Below, one piece after another: positions 18,211 to 28,344 of a stretch of 64,000 nt of DNA (positions within the stretch are counted from its first letter, which is position 1; every line of letters starts with the position of its first letter). The notes under the pieces were generated by a model, which had not been told where the DNA came from, did not search any database, and saw only the letters and a program-made list of their open reading frames with translations. Origin of the DNA: a virus; the IMG/VR virus record IMGVR_UViG_3300032562_000005; one strand, written 5' to 3'. A program made the position numbers and the translations under genes.

Positions 18211-19311
18211 TTATAAATTTGGTAATTCGTTGTAGTTTAATGAATCACTCATTAACCCAATAACATAGTTAGTCGATTCTGTTTCTTGTAAAGCAGATTG
18301 TTTGTTACTTACATTAACGTGTTTATTAAACCATGGAATAGGAGTTGTTTTAGGAGCAGGAGTTTGATACTTAATACCAACTTCCTTCAATGCGCCTAAG
18401 GCCGTAAAGTCAACAAATTCTTTTAAAATGTTGGCATTCAACCCAATAACTGGCCCTTTGTTAAACAAGTAGTCAGCCCATTGTTTTTCTTCACGGATAA
18501 CATCTAAGTACAGTTGATATACTTCTTGTTCACATTCTACTTTAGCTTCGGCAAAACGCGGATCTTCTTTAACTACCTGATTAATCATCCAAGCGGTCCA
18601 ATCCTTGTGTAGGATTTCGTCTTGTAAGATTAAACTAATAATATTGCCGTTACCAATAAAGATACGATTCTCAACCATTGCTAAGGATGTGGCGAACGAT
18701 ACCATAAAGCGGAATGCTTCTAATGCGTAACTAGCGTGTAATGCTAACCAAATAGCTTTAATATGTTCTTTTTCCGTCACCGTCTCGCCTAGTTCTTTAC
18801 GACAGTTAATAACATGTAGGGCATCGTAGTAGTTTCCTACAGAGGATGCCATATCTACGATTTCTTTTGTGTCGTGAATTGTATTGAACGCATCCTTAGG
18901 CACATTATAAATGTTACGAATAATGTGTGAATAGCTACGACTGTGAATGTTAGTTTCAAAGAATGTCCAAGCATACATTAGTGCTTCTAGTTCGGGAATA
19001 CTACACACAGGTGTAAAGATTTGACATGGGCCGCGGCCTTGTAAACTGTCCAAGGCTGTTTGTCTGAGCAAGTTACTAGTAAAGATATGGCGTACCGTAT
19101 CGCTTGCTTCTTTAAAATCGTTAGCATCTTTAGTCAAACTAATCTCTTCAGGAACCCAAAAGAATCCTCGTGCTTCTTGTTCAAACTTAGTAAGTTTATT
19201 ATATTTTACTTCTTCGAAACGCTGAATAGTAACTGGGCCTGCTGGATCCAAAAACATCTTACGACGCAAATAATCTGTTTTAGTACTTAAATTGTATTGT
19301 TCTTTACTCAT
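18211..19311 (-). CDS. nrdB: Ribonucleotide reductase class Ia beta subunit
   Basis: FWVPEE, LDSLQGR, ETNIHSRSY, LEAFRF, DEILH, QETE..NY. Confidence 0.96.
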   Translation of the reverse strand: MSKEQYNLSTKTDYLRRKMFLDPAGPVTIQRFEEVKYNKLTKFEQEARGFFWVPEEISLTKDANDFKEASDTVRHIFTSNLLRQTALDSLQGRGPCQIFTPVCSIPELEALMYAWTFFETNIHSRSYSHIIRNIYNVPKDAFNTIHDTKEIVDMASSVGNYYDALHVINCRKELGETVTEKEHIKAIWLALHASYALEAFRFMVSFATSLAMVENRIFIGNGNIISLILQDEILHKDWTAWMINQVVKEDPRFAEAKVECEQEVYQLYLDVIREEKQWADYLFNKGPVIGLNANILKEFVDFTALGALKEVGIKYQTPAPKTTPIPWFNKHVNVSNKQSALQETESTNYVIGLMSDSLNYNELPNL

Positions 19312-19858
19312 GCAAGTTGCCGCCTACAGGATAAGATGAACCAACAGGAGCATCAGTAACTACGGTAGTACCAACAGGAACTGCTTGCCCGGTCCAAGGT
19401 GATTCGTTTAACGGACCATAGCATTTGGCTATTGTAACCCCGTTAACCTTTTGTGGTTCTTTAACGCAAGGGAATGACCACATATTACTCATACCGCCTG
19501 TACCTGTAGTTGTAACAAAAGTTCTTGGTTGTGCTGGTAATACTTCCCAAGTAGGTGCTTGTGGATATTCAGACTTGTAAGCAAACAAGCTCCATACAGT
19601 TGCTACACCTTTAGGTGGCTTACAAGAACCATTCATCAGCTCTAAGTCAGCAATACTTTTGCCTGTAAGCACAGGACATACTGCTACACCTTGTTGATAT
19701 GTTGCGCCATTGACTACCATGGTCTTGCCGGTTGGTGTTGCGGCACTTGCGCCGCAGAAGGCAAACTCACCTTCGCAAATAGCTAAGTTATGAGCTACTG
19801 CTGTGCCTGCTAATAATACTAATGCTGTTGCTACGATATATTTAAATTTCATTTTCAT
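19304..19858 (-). CDS. Secreted cysteine-rich protein between nrdA and nrdB
   Basis: Signal peptide ending AVA; six Cys. Confidence 0.7.
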   Translation of the reverse strand: MKMKFKYIVATALVLLAGTAVAHNLAICEGEFAFCGASAATPTGKTMVVNGATYQQGVAVCPVLTGKSIADLELMNGSCKPPKGVATVWSLFAYKSEYPQAPTWEVLPAQPRTFVTTTGTGGMSNMWSFPCVKEPQKVNGVTIAKCYGPLNESPWTGQAVPVGTTVVTDAPVGSSYPVGGNLHE

Positions 19859-19867
19859 CTTTCTTTA

Positions 19868-22189
19868 TTAAAGTTTACAACTTTCACAATCTTCTTGATC
19901 GTCAAAATCAACAATTTCTAATTTTGTTTCCGCTGGTTCATCTTGACCTTTACTACCTTGTTTATTGATTAATGAGTAATACATCGTCTTAAGGCCCCAA
20001 CGGTGTGCCAACATCAAATTTTTAGCAATCAATGTGGTTGGAACCTTACGATCCGCAAAGTGTGCTGGATTATAAAAAGTATTTGTTGAGATTGATTGAT
20101 CAACATAGGCAGCCAATACACTTGCTGTCTTTAAATAGCCATCACAATCTTTTTGTTCCCACATAAGTTGATATTTGTTTTTCAACTTATTATATTCGGG
20201 AGCAACTTGAATCAACGAGCCAGCTTTACTTTCTTTAACAGTAATTAAACTCATTGGCATTTCAATACCGTTAGTAGAATTAATTACAACAGAGCTAGAC
20301 TCAACAGGAGCAACTGCCATTAATGTACCGTTACGAACTCCATACTCTTTCATGTTAACTCGTAATGTTTCCCAATCTAATTCAGGAGTAAAGTCTGTAA
20401 GTTCGTTAACTGCCTTGGCACGTAACTCCCACGGGAAGATACCTTGTCCATAGCGTGTCTTGTCGCTATGTAAGCAAGCACCACGCTCCTTGGCTAACTC
20501 CACGGTTGCTTCTGTTAGATAGTATGCCTGGTGTTCAGTCCAGGTTTTAACTTCAGCAAGAGCATCCGATTCGCCGTATTTCATACCACGTTTAGCGTGC
20601 CAGTATGCTAAGTTAGTAATACCAATGCCTAGTGGCTGAATTTCATCATTGCTTAATTGACTTTGAATACTTAAAAAGTCTTGGTAATCAAGAATGTTAC
20701 AAAGCGAACGTTGTAAAATACGGCAAGCACGACGCATATCTTCTGGATTACGGAACGCACCCCAGTTAATACTGCCCAGTGTACATAGAGCAATCCTGCC
20801 CTCGTCATCATCTAATCGCTTAAAGCTCTTAGTCGGCAAAAGAATTTCCATACAAAGGTTCGACTGGTAGATGGTGTGGAACTCAGGGTCAAACGGTCCT
20901 TGATTTTGAACATTATCAATAAACACTAGATAGATGCGCCCGGTATCGGTACGCTCTTTTAGTATGCCACCTTTGAATACATCTTCGGCTGCCATTGTCT
21001 TAGTACGCAAATCTTTGCGTTTTTCATACTTAACATACAGTTCTTCAAAGCGTTCTGTATTCTTATAAAACGCTTCGTATAATTCTGGAACTTCGTTGGG
21101 ATCAAAGAATGTAATATTTTCTTTGTTCTTAAAACGACGCCAAAAGAAAGCAGATAGTACTACACCATAGTCCATGAATCTTACACGGGTTTCGTCTGTA
21201 CCTTGATTGTTCTTGAGAACGATAAGATCGTCAAACTGGTAATGCCAAATTGGATAAAACACAGTAGCACTAGCATTGCGGATACCTCCTTGCGAGCAAC
21301 TTCTTAAATCACCAAACCACTTTTTAAGGAATGGTACCATACCTGTATGCATAACTTCACCGCCACGAATAGGACTACCTAACGGGCGTAAGCGACCAAT
21401 TTCCAAGCCGATGCCAGCTCGCTTGGCCGCATACTTTGCCATCATCTCTCCTGAAGCAAAGATAGAATCAAGATTGTCGTCAGAACGGATAAGAACACAG
21501 GATGAAAATTGTTTTGTAGGAGTACCCAAACCAGCGAGTACAGGAGTAGCAAGAGTAAAAAGACCGTCACTCGCCGCCTGATAGTATTCTTTAATATAAC
21601 GCATTCTAGCCGCGTTAGGCTCTTCTTTATGGAACACAGTAGCGGCTGCCACCATGTAACGAATTTGTGGAGTTTCATAAATTTCCTTTGTGGCGCGGTT
21701 GCGCACAAGATATTTCTCAATGAGCTGTTCGATGGCCGCGTAAGAATATCCTTCATCCTTTTCGTGATCCAACATTTCATTCATTCGGTTCCAGTCATCT
21801 TCTGAATACCATTCAAGAAGTTCCGGAGTGTACAAACCTGTGGCTACATTTTTCTTTATAATCTCATACAAGTGTGGCGGATCATAAGAACCGTAAACAT
21901 CTTTACGCAACATACTAAGACGTTGCTTACCTGCTACATATTGATAATTGGTATGCCCAACATCAGGATTACTTTCGATGTCAATTAAATCTACAATAGC
22001 TCGTAATGTAATGCCATCGATTTCTTTTGTTGTAATACCATCATAAAAATGTAGTTGTGCTTTGATTTCAATCATTGACTGACTTACATCAGCAATGCCT
22101 TGACAAACTTTAGCTACTTGTGCCTGCCACTTCTCGATATGTAGTGGTTCTTTTACACCGCTTCTTTTAACTACTGTAATCTGCGTCAT
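19868..22189 (-). CDS. nrdA: Ribonucleotide reductase class Ia alpha subunit
   Basis: ATP cone (VVKRSG), FSSCVL, QSNLCME, APVESSS, GLKTMYY, C-terminal CESC; no intein or intron seen. Confidence 0.97.
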   Translation of the reverse strand: MTQITVVKRSGVKEPLHIEKWQAQVAKVCQGIADVSQSMIEIKAQLHFYDGITTKEIDGITLRAIVDLIDIESNPDVGHTNYQYVAGKQRLSMLRKDVYGSYDPPHLYEIIKKNVATGLYTPELLEWYSEDDWNRMNEMLDHEKDEGYSYAAIEQLIEKYLVRNRATKEIYETPQIRYMVAAATVFHKEEPNAARMRYIKEYYQAASDGLFTLATPVLAGLGTPTKQFSSCVLIRSDDNLDSIFASGEMMAKYAAKRAGIGLEIGRLRPLGSPIRGGEVMHTGMVPFLKKWFGDLRSCSQGGIRNASATVFYPIWHYQFDDLIVLKNNQGTDETRVRFMDYGVVLSAFFWRRFKNKENITFFDPNEVPELYEAFYKNTERFEELYVKYEKRKDLRTKTMAAEDVFKGGILKERTDTGRIYLVFIDNVQNQGPFDPEFHTIYQSNLCMEILLPTKSFKRLDDDEGRIALCTLGSINWGAFRNPEDMRRACRILQRSLCNILDYQDFLSIQSQLSNDEIQPLGIGITNLAYWHAKRGMKYGESDALAEVKTWTEHQAYYLTEATVELAKERGACLHSDKTRYGQGIFPWELRAKAVNELTDFTPELDWETLRVNMKEYGVRNGTLMAVAPVESSSVVINSTNGIEMPMSLITVKESKAGSLIQVAPEYNKLKNKYQLMWEQKDCDGYLKTASVLAAYVDQSISTNTFYNPAHFADRKVPTTLIAKNLMLAHRWGLKTMYYSLINKQGSKGQDEPAETKLEIVDFDDQEDCESCKL

Positions 22190-22227
22190 TTAACTCTCAT
22201 TTTGTTATTGTGTTACTACTTATACTT

Positions 22228-22638
22228 CTATTGTATGGTGGCCTGGATAAATCGTCTTTTTATTTTACCGGGTGGAGTATTTACTAGTACTCCGTTAGTC
22301 CAATTAAGTGTATATTTTTCTTTGTTAACTAAGACTAAATTACGATCGTCCTCAGTCAAAACCAGCTCAAACGACACCAAATCTTTATGGTCTAACATAC
22401 TTACAGTATATAGGATTCCGAGCCCGCGAGCAAGATCACAATAGACATTATCGCTCAAAAGTTGCCATGGATCGGGCCATAATGGTTGATCGTCCCAATG
22501 TAAGTAGTATGGTTGCCAAGGTGTTTTTTGCCACCAATTGTTAACAAGCTCAAGAGCTTGATCCAATGGTAATTCATTGGCAGATGTGCGTAAATCCGCC
22601 CAGGATTCTAACCTGTCGGCAAAGTCATCGAACCACAT
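22228..22638 (-). CDS. Hypothetical protein, possible degenerate transglutaminase-like cysteine protease fold
   Basis: VNNWW...WPDPWQL...YCD.A....Y spacing. Confidence 0.5.
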   Translation of the reverse strand: MWFDDFADRLESWADLRTSANELPLDQALELVNNWWQKTPWQPYYLHWDDQPLWPDPWQLLSDNVYCDLARGLGILYTVSMLDHKDLVSFELVLTEDDRNLVLVNKEKYTLNWTNGVLVNTPPGKIKRRFIQATIQ

Positions 22639-24233
22639 TAGCTAAAATAAGAAATAGAGTAACTCATTTGGGCATTGATGCCCGATGTGGAGGTATATTT
22701 AACTGAAACAACGGTACCTGTTTGTGTTGCTAGTAAATCAATACCTATAGTTGGGTCAGTTGTGTTTTCAGTGTAGTCGTCGGTGTAATTAATAGTACCA
22801 ACGCCAGTTGCTACCCAGAATGAACCAGTTCTGAAATATGTGCCACGAACTATTGAATAGTCTATTTTAAAACTAGGACCTGTTTCCGCAACATCGACAG
22901 TAAACGCTGTAAGAGGATTTAGTGCTGGACTGTTATCTAATAAGGTTACCGTTAATCCTGATTGTACAGTTTTTCTACCTAACTGTATTTGACTGCCATT
23001 AGTAGTAGCAATACTAAGAGTTTCACCGATATAAATTCTAGGATGACCAACCGCATAACTATCTGAGCGTTGGAACATATCACCGATACTAGCATTGTTG
23101 TCTCCGCCGAATGAAATTATTGGCAATGCTGGATTAGAAACACCTTGGAAGTGATCTGCTACATCATAAAAAATATTATAACCAGTTGCGTTAAGACTAA
23201 TCGCACCAAATATAATTCCATAACTATAAATGTTATCAAATACATTACTTGTAATGCGAGTACCTGTTGGCCCGCCATTCACAATAGTGCCTGTTCCTAA
23301 CGCTACACCTTGGTATAAAGTGTTAAAACTAGAATTTGTAATTACTATACCTTTAGTTTGTTGGCTTGTATTAACGCCATATACTGTGCCGGTAAATCTA
23401 CAACCGTTAAATAAAATATCACTAGTTGCGATTGATGTTGTACTACCAAAAGTTACACCAGATGTATTGCTTCCAGTACTTACTAAACTAGTAGTAGTGC
23501 CAATACCTAAGAAACTTACGCTACGGAATTCGCAATCAGTAGCTGTTTGAACTAAAAATATATTCTTAGTATTATCTAAACTTTGAAATGCCATAGCTCC
23601 GATATTAATATCAGCAGGAGGAGTAGCGCCACCATTACCTATGTTTACACCTGTTTGCTGTAAACTATCAGCAGTTTGTGCCACACAAGTTCCTGTGGCT
23701 CCAGTGGCCACCATTTGAATGATCGAGTTATCTGGTCCTTCGCCGTATAGTGTAGCATAAGAAGGAATATTAATTGGTGCGCTAACAATGTACTTGCCAG
23801 CTGGAAAGAATAACGAACGACGAATTTGTACATTTTGCTGTTGGCAATATAATTGGTTTAAAGCACGGTTAATTGCTGCGGTATCGTCAGTTAATCCATC
23901 ACCTTTGGCACCAAAGTCTTTTACACTAGCATATTGGTCCAACCAGTTTTGTAATGTTTGTGTTACAGGAGTACCTGGAGTTGGGCCTGTTTGGACTACA
24001 TAACCTGCCGCTGTACCTTTGTAAGTATAGCTACCAGCTAAGTTAAGAATGTCAGAGAATTCTGTTAAAATCTCGGTATTCCCGATAACAGGAGCACCTT
24101 GTTCTAAAGTACCGTTACCGATATAAAGCTGACGAGTGTCAGTAGACCAGCCTAGTTCAGCACCCGCTAATTGGGGTAAATCTATGTTTAAACCTAAGCG
24201 GTTAGTAATCTGAGAGATTTGGACAATAGCCAT
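22638..24233 (-). CDS. Tailspike/fibre-like protein with pectate-lyase beta-helix
   Basis: N-terminal LPQLAGAELGWSTDTRQLYIGNG attachment domain; SVKDFGAKGDGLTDDTAAI...FFPAGKY. Confidence 0.85.
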   Translation of the reverse strand: MAIVQISQITNRLGLNIDLPQLAGAELGWSTDTRQLYIGNGTLEQGAPVIGNTEILTEFSDILNLAGSYTYKGTAAGYVVQTGPTPGTPVTQTLQNWLDQYASVKDFGAKGDGLTDDTAAINRALNQLYCQQQNVQIRRSLFFPAGKYIVSAPINIPSYATLYGEGPDNSIIQMVATGATGTCVAQTADSLQQTGVNIGNGGATPPADINIGAMAFQSLDNTKNIFLVQTATDCEFRSVSFLGIGTTTSLVSTGSNTSGVTFGSTTSIATSDILFNGCRFTGTVYGVNTSQQTKGIVITNSSFNTLYQGVALGTGTIVNGGPTGTRITSNVFDNIYSYGIIFGAISLNATGYNIFYDVADHFQGVSNPALPIISFGGDNNASIGDMFQRSDSYAVGHPRIYIGETLSIATTNGSQIQLGRKTVQSGLTVTLLDNSPALNPLTAFTVDVAETGPSFKIDYSIVRGTYFRTGSFWVATGVGTINYTDDYTENTTDPTIGIDLLATQTGTVVSVKYTSTSGINAQMSYSISYFS

Positions 24234-24259
24234 TTACTGTATTCCTTATTATACAGTAT

Positions 24260-24973
24260 TTAGCTAATCAAGTAGTAGAGCTCCAAACGTTTCCACCATT
24301 CATTTTCCCAATAATCAAAGTCTTTGGGATCTAATATAAATTCCTGATATTGGGGTTCTGTAAGTAAATTCCCCATTTCATCTACTTCAGGTTTTACGCA
24401 CATTAAAACCACACCTTTACGAATGTTGGTGCCATATACTTCGTTGTGAGCTAATGCGTAAGCTACTAATTGTAAGTAATAATCTTGAATCCACTCTTGC
24501 TTTTTAGGTTTATTAGTTTGCTTATAATCAATAATACTTTCATCGCCCATATGGATACCACATCCATCTGTGGTGCCCGCATACAAGCTAGGAAAAAATA
24601 ATGGGATTTCTACACCCCATAATTCATCGACATTTTTAAGTCCTTGTTCGATAACTGTTTGCGCCATAGCATGACTAGCCCATCCAAACGGATTAGATCC
24701 TCGTTCGGGCATTGCGCCATCTTTAATGTACTTTTCTAAGTACGTGTGCATTCGTGTACCGCGATTAGCCGCTTCGGTAGTGATCGCTTGGGCTTTATCT
24801 ACCCCAACACGCTTGCGCCAATTTTGTAGTGCTTCCTTCTTTTCTTTCGGCTCAGTAGCTGATAGAATTGTAGTTACACTTGGGACCTTTTTACCGTCGG
24901 GAGTAAGATATAAGCGTTTGCCATCTTCGCTTGTTCGTGATAATTCGTGATACGGAAATTTTGGATTATACAT
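24260..24973 (-). CDS. PD-(D/E)XK exonuclease
   Basis: PSVTTIL, RGTRMH, VEIPL, YAGTTD, IIDYK, QLVAYA. Confidence 0.9.
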   Translation of the reverse strand: MYNPKFPYHELSRTSEDGKRLYLTPDGKKVPSVTTILSATEPKEKKEALQNWRKRVGVDKAQAITTEAANRGTRMHTYLEKYIKDGAMPERGSNPFGWASHAMAQTVIEQGLKNVDELWGVEIPLFFPSLYAGTTDGCGIHMGDESIIDYKQTNKPKKQEWIQDYYLQLVAYALAHNEVYGTNIRKGVVLMCVKPEVDEMGNLLTEPQYQEFILDPKDFDYWENEWWKRLELYYLIS

Positions 24974-24980
24974 TATATCT

Positions 24981-25010
24981 AGTATAGCAAATTGACTTCT
25001 AAAAAGTCAA
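24981..25010 (-). promoter_or_regulatory. Sigma70-type promoter TTGACT-18-TATACT
   Basis: Direct match; -10 lies 7 nt from the ATG. Confidence 0.6.
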
Positions 25011-25015
25011 CCTTA

Positions 25016-25342
25016 CTATATCCGAAATGACTCTCCGCAACCGCAACGATCTTTCTCCAAAGAATTAATAAATTCAAATCCTTCATTAAGACCTTGTCGT
25101 ACATAATCTACAGTAATACCAGCAACCATAGGTAAAGATTTGGGATCCGTAACTATAACTGTATTGGTTTTTTCATCTGACAATAATACATCGTCTATTG
25201 ACAGGTTGTCGACATATTCCATAATATAAGCAAGTCCCGAGCATCCGGTTGTTTTGATACCTATACGGATAGCAATCCCTTTTCCTCTTTTTTCGAGATT
25301 AGATTTAATCTTTTTAGCAGCAGTATCGGTTACTGTGATCAT
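25016..25342 (-). CDS. iscA: Fe-S cluster carrier IscA/HesB
   Basis: TTGCSGLAY, CGCGESF. Confidence 0.95.
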   Translation of the reverse strand: MITVTDTAAKKIKSNLEKRGKGIAIRIGIKTTGCSGLAYIMEYVDNLSIDDVLLSDEKTNTVIVTDPKSLPMVAGITVDYVRQGLNEGFEFINSLEKDRCGCGESFRI

Positions 25343-25713
25343 TGCTTGTTTAGATAGTCGGTTATTGCCGCTTTAATAGCGTCTTCCGCAAGGATACTAC
25401 AATGGATTTTAACCGGCGGGAGACAGAGCTCCTCGGCAATATCAGCATTCTTAATTGCGCTAGCTTCGTCCAGCGTTTTACCCTTGACCCATTCTGTGAC
25501 GAGACTACTACTCGCGATCGCCGACCCACACCCGTATGTTTTAAATTTCGCATCTGTTATAATTCCATCTTCTACTTTAATTTGTAATCTTAAAACGTCA
25601 CCGCATGCCGGAGCACCAACTAGGCCTGTACCTACAGTAGTATCAGTGATATCCATTTTACCAACATTGCGAGGATTTTCGTAGTGATCAACTACAGCGT
25701 CTGAGTATGCCAT
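25339..25713 (-). CDS. iscU: Fe-S cluster scaffold IscU
   Basis: DHYENPRNVG, APACGD, GCGSAIASS, LPPVKIHCS. Confidence 0.97.
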   Translation of the reverse strand: MAYSDAVVDHYENPRNVGKMDITDTTVGTGLVGAPACGDVLRLQIKVEDGIITDAKFKTYGCGSAIASSSLVTEWVKGKTLDEASAIKNADIAEELCLPPVKIHCSILAEDAIKAAITDYLNKQ

Positions 25714-25871
25714 TATTTTTTTACCGGTGGTGCTGGTGGTTTAGGAGCCTGCGGTGCTGGGTGTGGTGTTGCTATCGGTTTTTTGCTCAAATCGCTAATT
25801 AAATTTCCTAACCCGGCAGCCGAAATATCAGACATGCTAATTAAAATACAGAATGTATATAGAAACTTCAT
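25713..25871 (-). CDS. 52-aa proline-rich exported peptide; absent from ORF track
   Basis: MKFLYTFCILIS...PHPAPQAPKPPAPPVKK; abuts both neighbours. Confidence 0.55.
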   Translation of the reverse strand: MKFLYTFCILISMSDISAAGLGNLISDLSKKPIATPHPAPQAPKPPAPPVKK

Positions 25872-26189
25872 TTAGTTTGGGACCAATACTGTCCTGTAAC
25901 AATTACAATTTGCATCAAGGATATTTTCTTGATGATAATTTGATGGATTTGGTTGTTGTACATATACCGCTTGTGGTTGTGGTTGGACATATACCGGTTG
26001 AACATACACTGGCTGGGCATAGTATGGACGAGCAATGCTATATCCTACCACGCCACCAATGATTGCTGGAGCAACCCAACTATTGTATCCGCCATGATAA
26101 TAACCGCCACGATAGCAACACCATGCGTTAGCATTACTAGCACCTAGAGCTGATACTACTAACAACAATGATAAAATAATTTTTTTCAT
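25872..26189 (-). CDS. Exported Gly/Tyr-rich protein with QPVYV repeats
   Basis: Signal peptide ANA; GGYY; AIIGGVVG; QPVYV x2. Confidence 0.75.
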   Translation of the reverse strand: MKKIILSLLLVVSALGASNANAWCCYRGGYYHGGYNSWVAPAIIGGVVGYSIARPYYAQPVYVQPVYVQPQPQAVYVQQPNPSNYHQENILDANCNCYRTVLVPN

Positions 26190-26219
26190 TTTGCTACTCC
26201 TTTTTGTATTACTGCAGTA

Positions 26220-26248
26220 ATTGTACTTAGTTTTGGATTGATTGTCAA
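26220..26248 (-). promoter_or_regulatory. Sigma70-type promoter TTGACA-17-TACAAT driving the exported-protein/iscU/iscA unit
   Basis: Direct match. Confidence 0.8.
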
Positions 26249-26266
26249 CCGCTTTATGCTGTTGAT

Positions 26267-26629
26267 TTATTTAGAAAATCCGCGCTTCATAGCGGATTTG
26301 GCATTCGAGTTTACTATTTTTTCAGCTTGATCCGTGTCCATTGAAGTATCTGTGACATCTGTATTACCTTTGAACTTAACTACATTTGAGTTAGGCTCGT
26401 ATGGTAGCAAGACATTGCTAAGTGGTTCTTTAGCAATTAAATCGCCTAAGGTATCGGCGGTAACATTGACCCCAAGGCTTTGTGCCAAGTCAACAAACGC
26501 CTGTGTAGAAATCTGTTTTTTAGAATCTGTATCTCCGGCACGGCCAGCAAGAAATTGTGTCAGGGCCATGAGCTTGCCAGAATCAACCTTGCCAGATTGA
26601 TTTAGATTTTCTACTTCAAATATTAACAT
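26267..26629 (-). CDS. Putative head-associated protein
   Basis: MLIFEV N-terminus; late operon. Confidence 0.6.
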   Translation of the reverse strand: MLIFEVENLNQSGKVDSGKLMALTQFLAGRAGDTDSKKQISTQAFVDLAQSLGVNVTADTLGDLIAKEPLSNVLLPYEPNSNVVKFKGNTDVTDTSMDTDQAEKIVNSNAKSAMKRGFSK

Positions 26630-27603
26630 TACTTGCGTTTAGCGCGACCTAAACCTGCGCCGCCCATTTCAGGAGCTTCTGGTTCTTCTGGTGGCAACTC
26701 GTCCATACCTTCTTCGCCAGCAACTTCAGCGCCTAATTCAGCACCTAAGTCGGCGCCATCTTCAGCACCTAAATCGGCACCAAGTTCATCTTCTCCTGGA
26801 ATAGAAGGAGCAGCTTGACCTGTAACTACACCAAGTGCTTGATCTAATTGTTGACGAGCACCTTGTAAGTTTTGTAACAAGCCAGCAAGAGCGGCTGTTG
26901 CGTCTGTGTTGAATTGCATAGCTTGGTCAACACCAATTTGATTTTTAATTTGATCAACCAAGGCTGGCAAATCTTTAAATTGCATTGCGCTTACTTGCTC
27001 AGACATTTTTTGAACTTCGTCAACCATGTCCTGTGATGCTAGTACTACTTGTGCTTGTTGTACTTCTGATTCGCGAAGTATGCGATATAAACTTGTTCTC
27101 AATTGTTTACTTTCTGTTTGAAGAGCAGCTTGAGCAACTAATTGTTGGTCAGCTGGATTTAATGCTTGTCCCTGTTGAGCTTTTTGCATAGCTACTTTAA
27201 GTTTAGGATCGCTAATGTTATTAACCTGTGCTTGCTGTTGTTGCTTTTTAGCTTGATCACCTGCGGCTACAGCTGGATTAGTTGGAGGCATACCTTGCGT
27301 GGACATTGTTTGATTTTGATTAGCGCCAGCTGTTGAACCAACCGCTACTGTAGGAGTTTCGTTAACTTTAGTAACTAGCACTCGCTCCATCATCATTAAC
27401 TTTAAGTAAGTTGGGTTTTGCTCTGAGCTATGATAAGCGGCTGTAGACTTATGCTCATTTACGAGCTTGCGTACTTTAGACAGCATTAATCGTGCTTGTT
27501 TTGCGGACATTACGTCTACATTAATGGAGTCACCAAAATAACTCTCAAATACCTTAGCGGCTTGTTTGCTTGGCTTTGTTGTTGCCAGTTCGAACAGTTT
27601 CAT
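26629..27603 (-). CDS. Putative prohead core/scaffold-like protein (start at MKLFELA)
   Basis: TAAATA at 27627-27632 and GAGG SD; Q/A-rich helices, acidic tail ending LGRAKRK. Confidence 0.6.
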   Translation of the reverse strand: MKLFELATTKPSKQAAKVFESYFGDSINVDVMSAKQARLMLSKVRKLVNEHKSTAAYHSSEQNPTYLKLMMMERVLVTKVNETPTVAVGSTAGANQNQTMSTQGMPPTNPAVAAGDQAKKQQQQAQVNNISDPKLKVAMQKAQQGQALNPADQQLVAQAALQTESKQLRTSLYRILRESEVQQAQVVLASQDMVDEVQKMSEQVSAMQFKDLPALVDQIKNQIGVDQAMQFNTDATAALAGLLQNLQGARQQLDQALGVVTGQAAPSIPGEDELGADLGAEDGADLGAELGAEVAGEEGMDELPPEEPEAPEMGGAGLGRAKRK

Positions 27604-28054
27604 TATTAAATCCTCGTTGTTGACAGTATTTAGCAAAATTTACACATTTGGTTAATTGTTGCTCTACTTGTTTTTTGCGTATAATCTTAGTTTCTAGCTT
27701 GGTTTCGACGGTTTCTCGGAACAAAGGTTGCTTACTACGATCCGCTAAATTAGCTCTTGTTGCTATATCTGAAGTTAATGAACTTAACTTATTATCTAAT
27801 GTTAGTATATCGCGGGCTAAATTATGATGGGTATATTTGTCGGCTATACACCAGCTTAATGCGGTTTTTGTAGTACTAAACAAACCAACATCTGTTGCCG
27901 AACAATGTACACGAAACCCGTGTTTTTCAGGGGTTATTACATAGCGGTCAAATACCTCATATCCGCCGGCATCATTTTGCCAAATAAGATTGGCAGATAA
28001 ATCTGGAAATTCTTTTCGGAATAACTTGTTGAGTTCTTGTGTATTTTCAATCAT
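27554..28054 (-). CDS. Hypothetical protein
   Basis: Coupled ORF. Confidence 0.65.
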   Translation of the reverse strand: MIENTQELNKLFRKEFPDLSANLIWQNDAGGYEVFDRYVITPEKHGFRVHCSATDVGLFSTTKTALSWCIADKYTHHNLARDILTLDNKLSSLTSDIATRANLADRSKQPLFRETVETKLETKIIRKKQVEQQLTKCVNFAKYCQQRGFNNETVRTGNNKAKQTSR

Positions 28055-28317
28055 TTAATGACGTAGTGGGATATAAGATAGATAGTCGAAGCGGACAAAA
28101 ACCCAATAATGCCAATGCCCCAACTAATTAGTCTATCTGTATTTTTTTCGGCTAATTTACTAACACTAGATTTAACCTCCTGGACCATAGAACAAAGATG
28201 TGCAATATTTTCAGCCATAGCAACCATTTTGTCTTCCAACGCATTATAGCGTTCAGCACAGAGCTCCACATGGGCCTCTAGACTTTTCTTTTCAATATCC
28301 GTAGCTTCAACACTCAT
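28051..28317 (-). CDS. Coiled-coil protein with C-terminal TM segment
   Basis: LEAHVELCAERY; hydrophobic C-terminus. Confidence 0.65.
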   Translation of the reverse strand: MSVEATDIEKKSLEAHVELCAERYNALEDKMVAMAENIAHLCSMVQEVKSSVSKLAEKNTDRLISWGIGIIGFLSASTIYLISHYVIK

Positions 28318-28344
28318 AATCGATCCTATTTTAGTATCATATAT

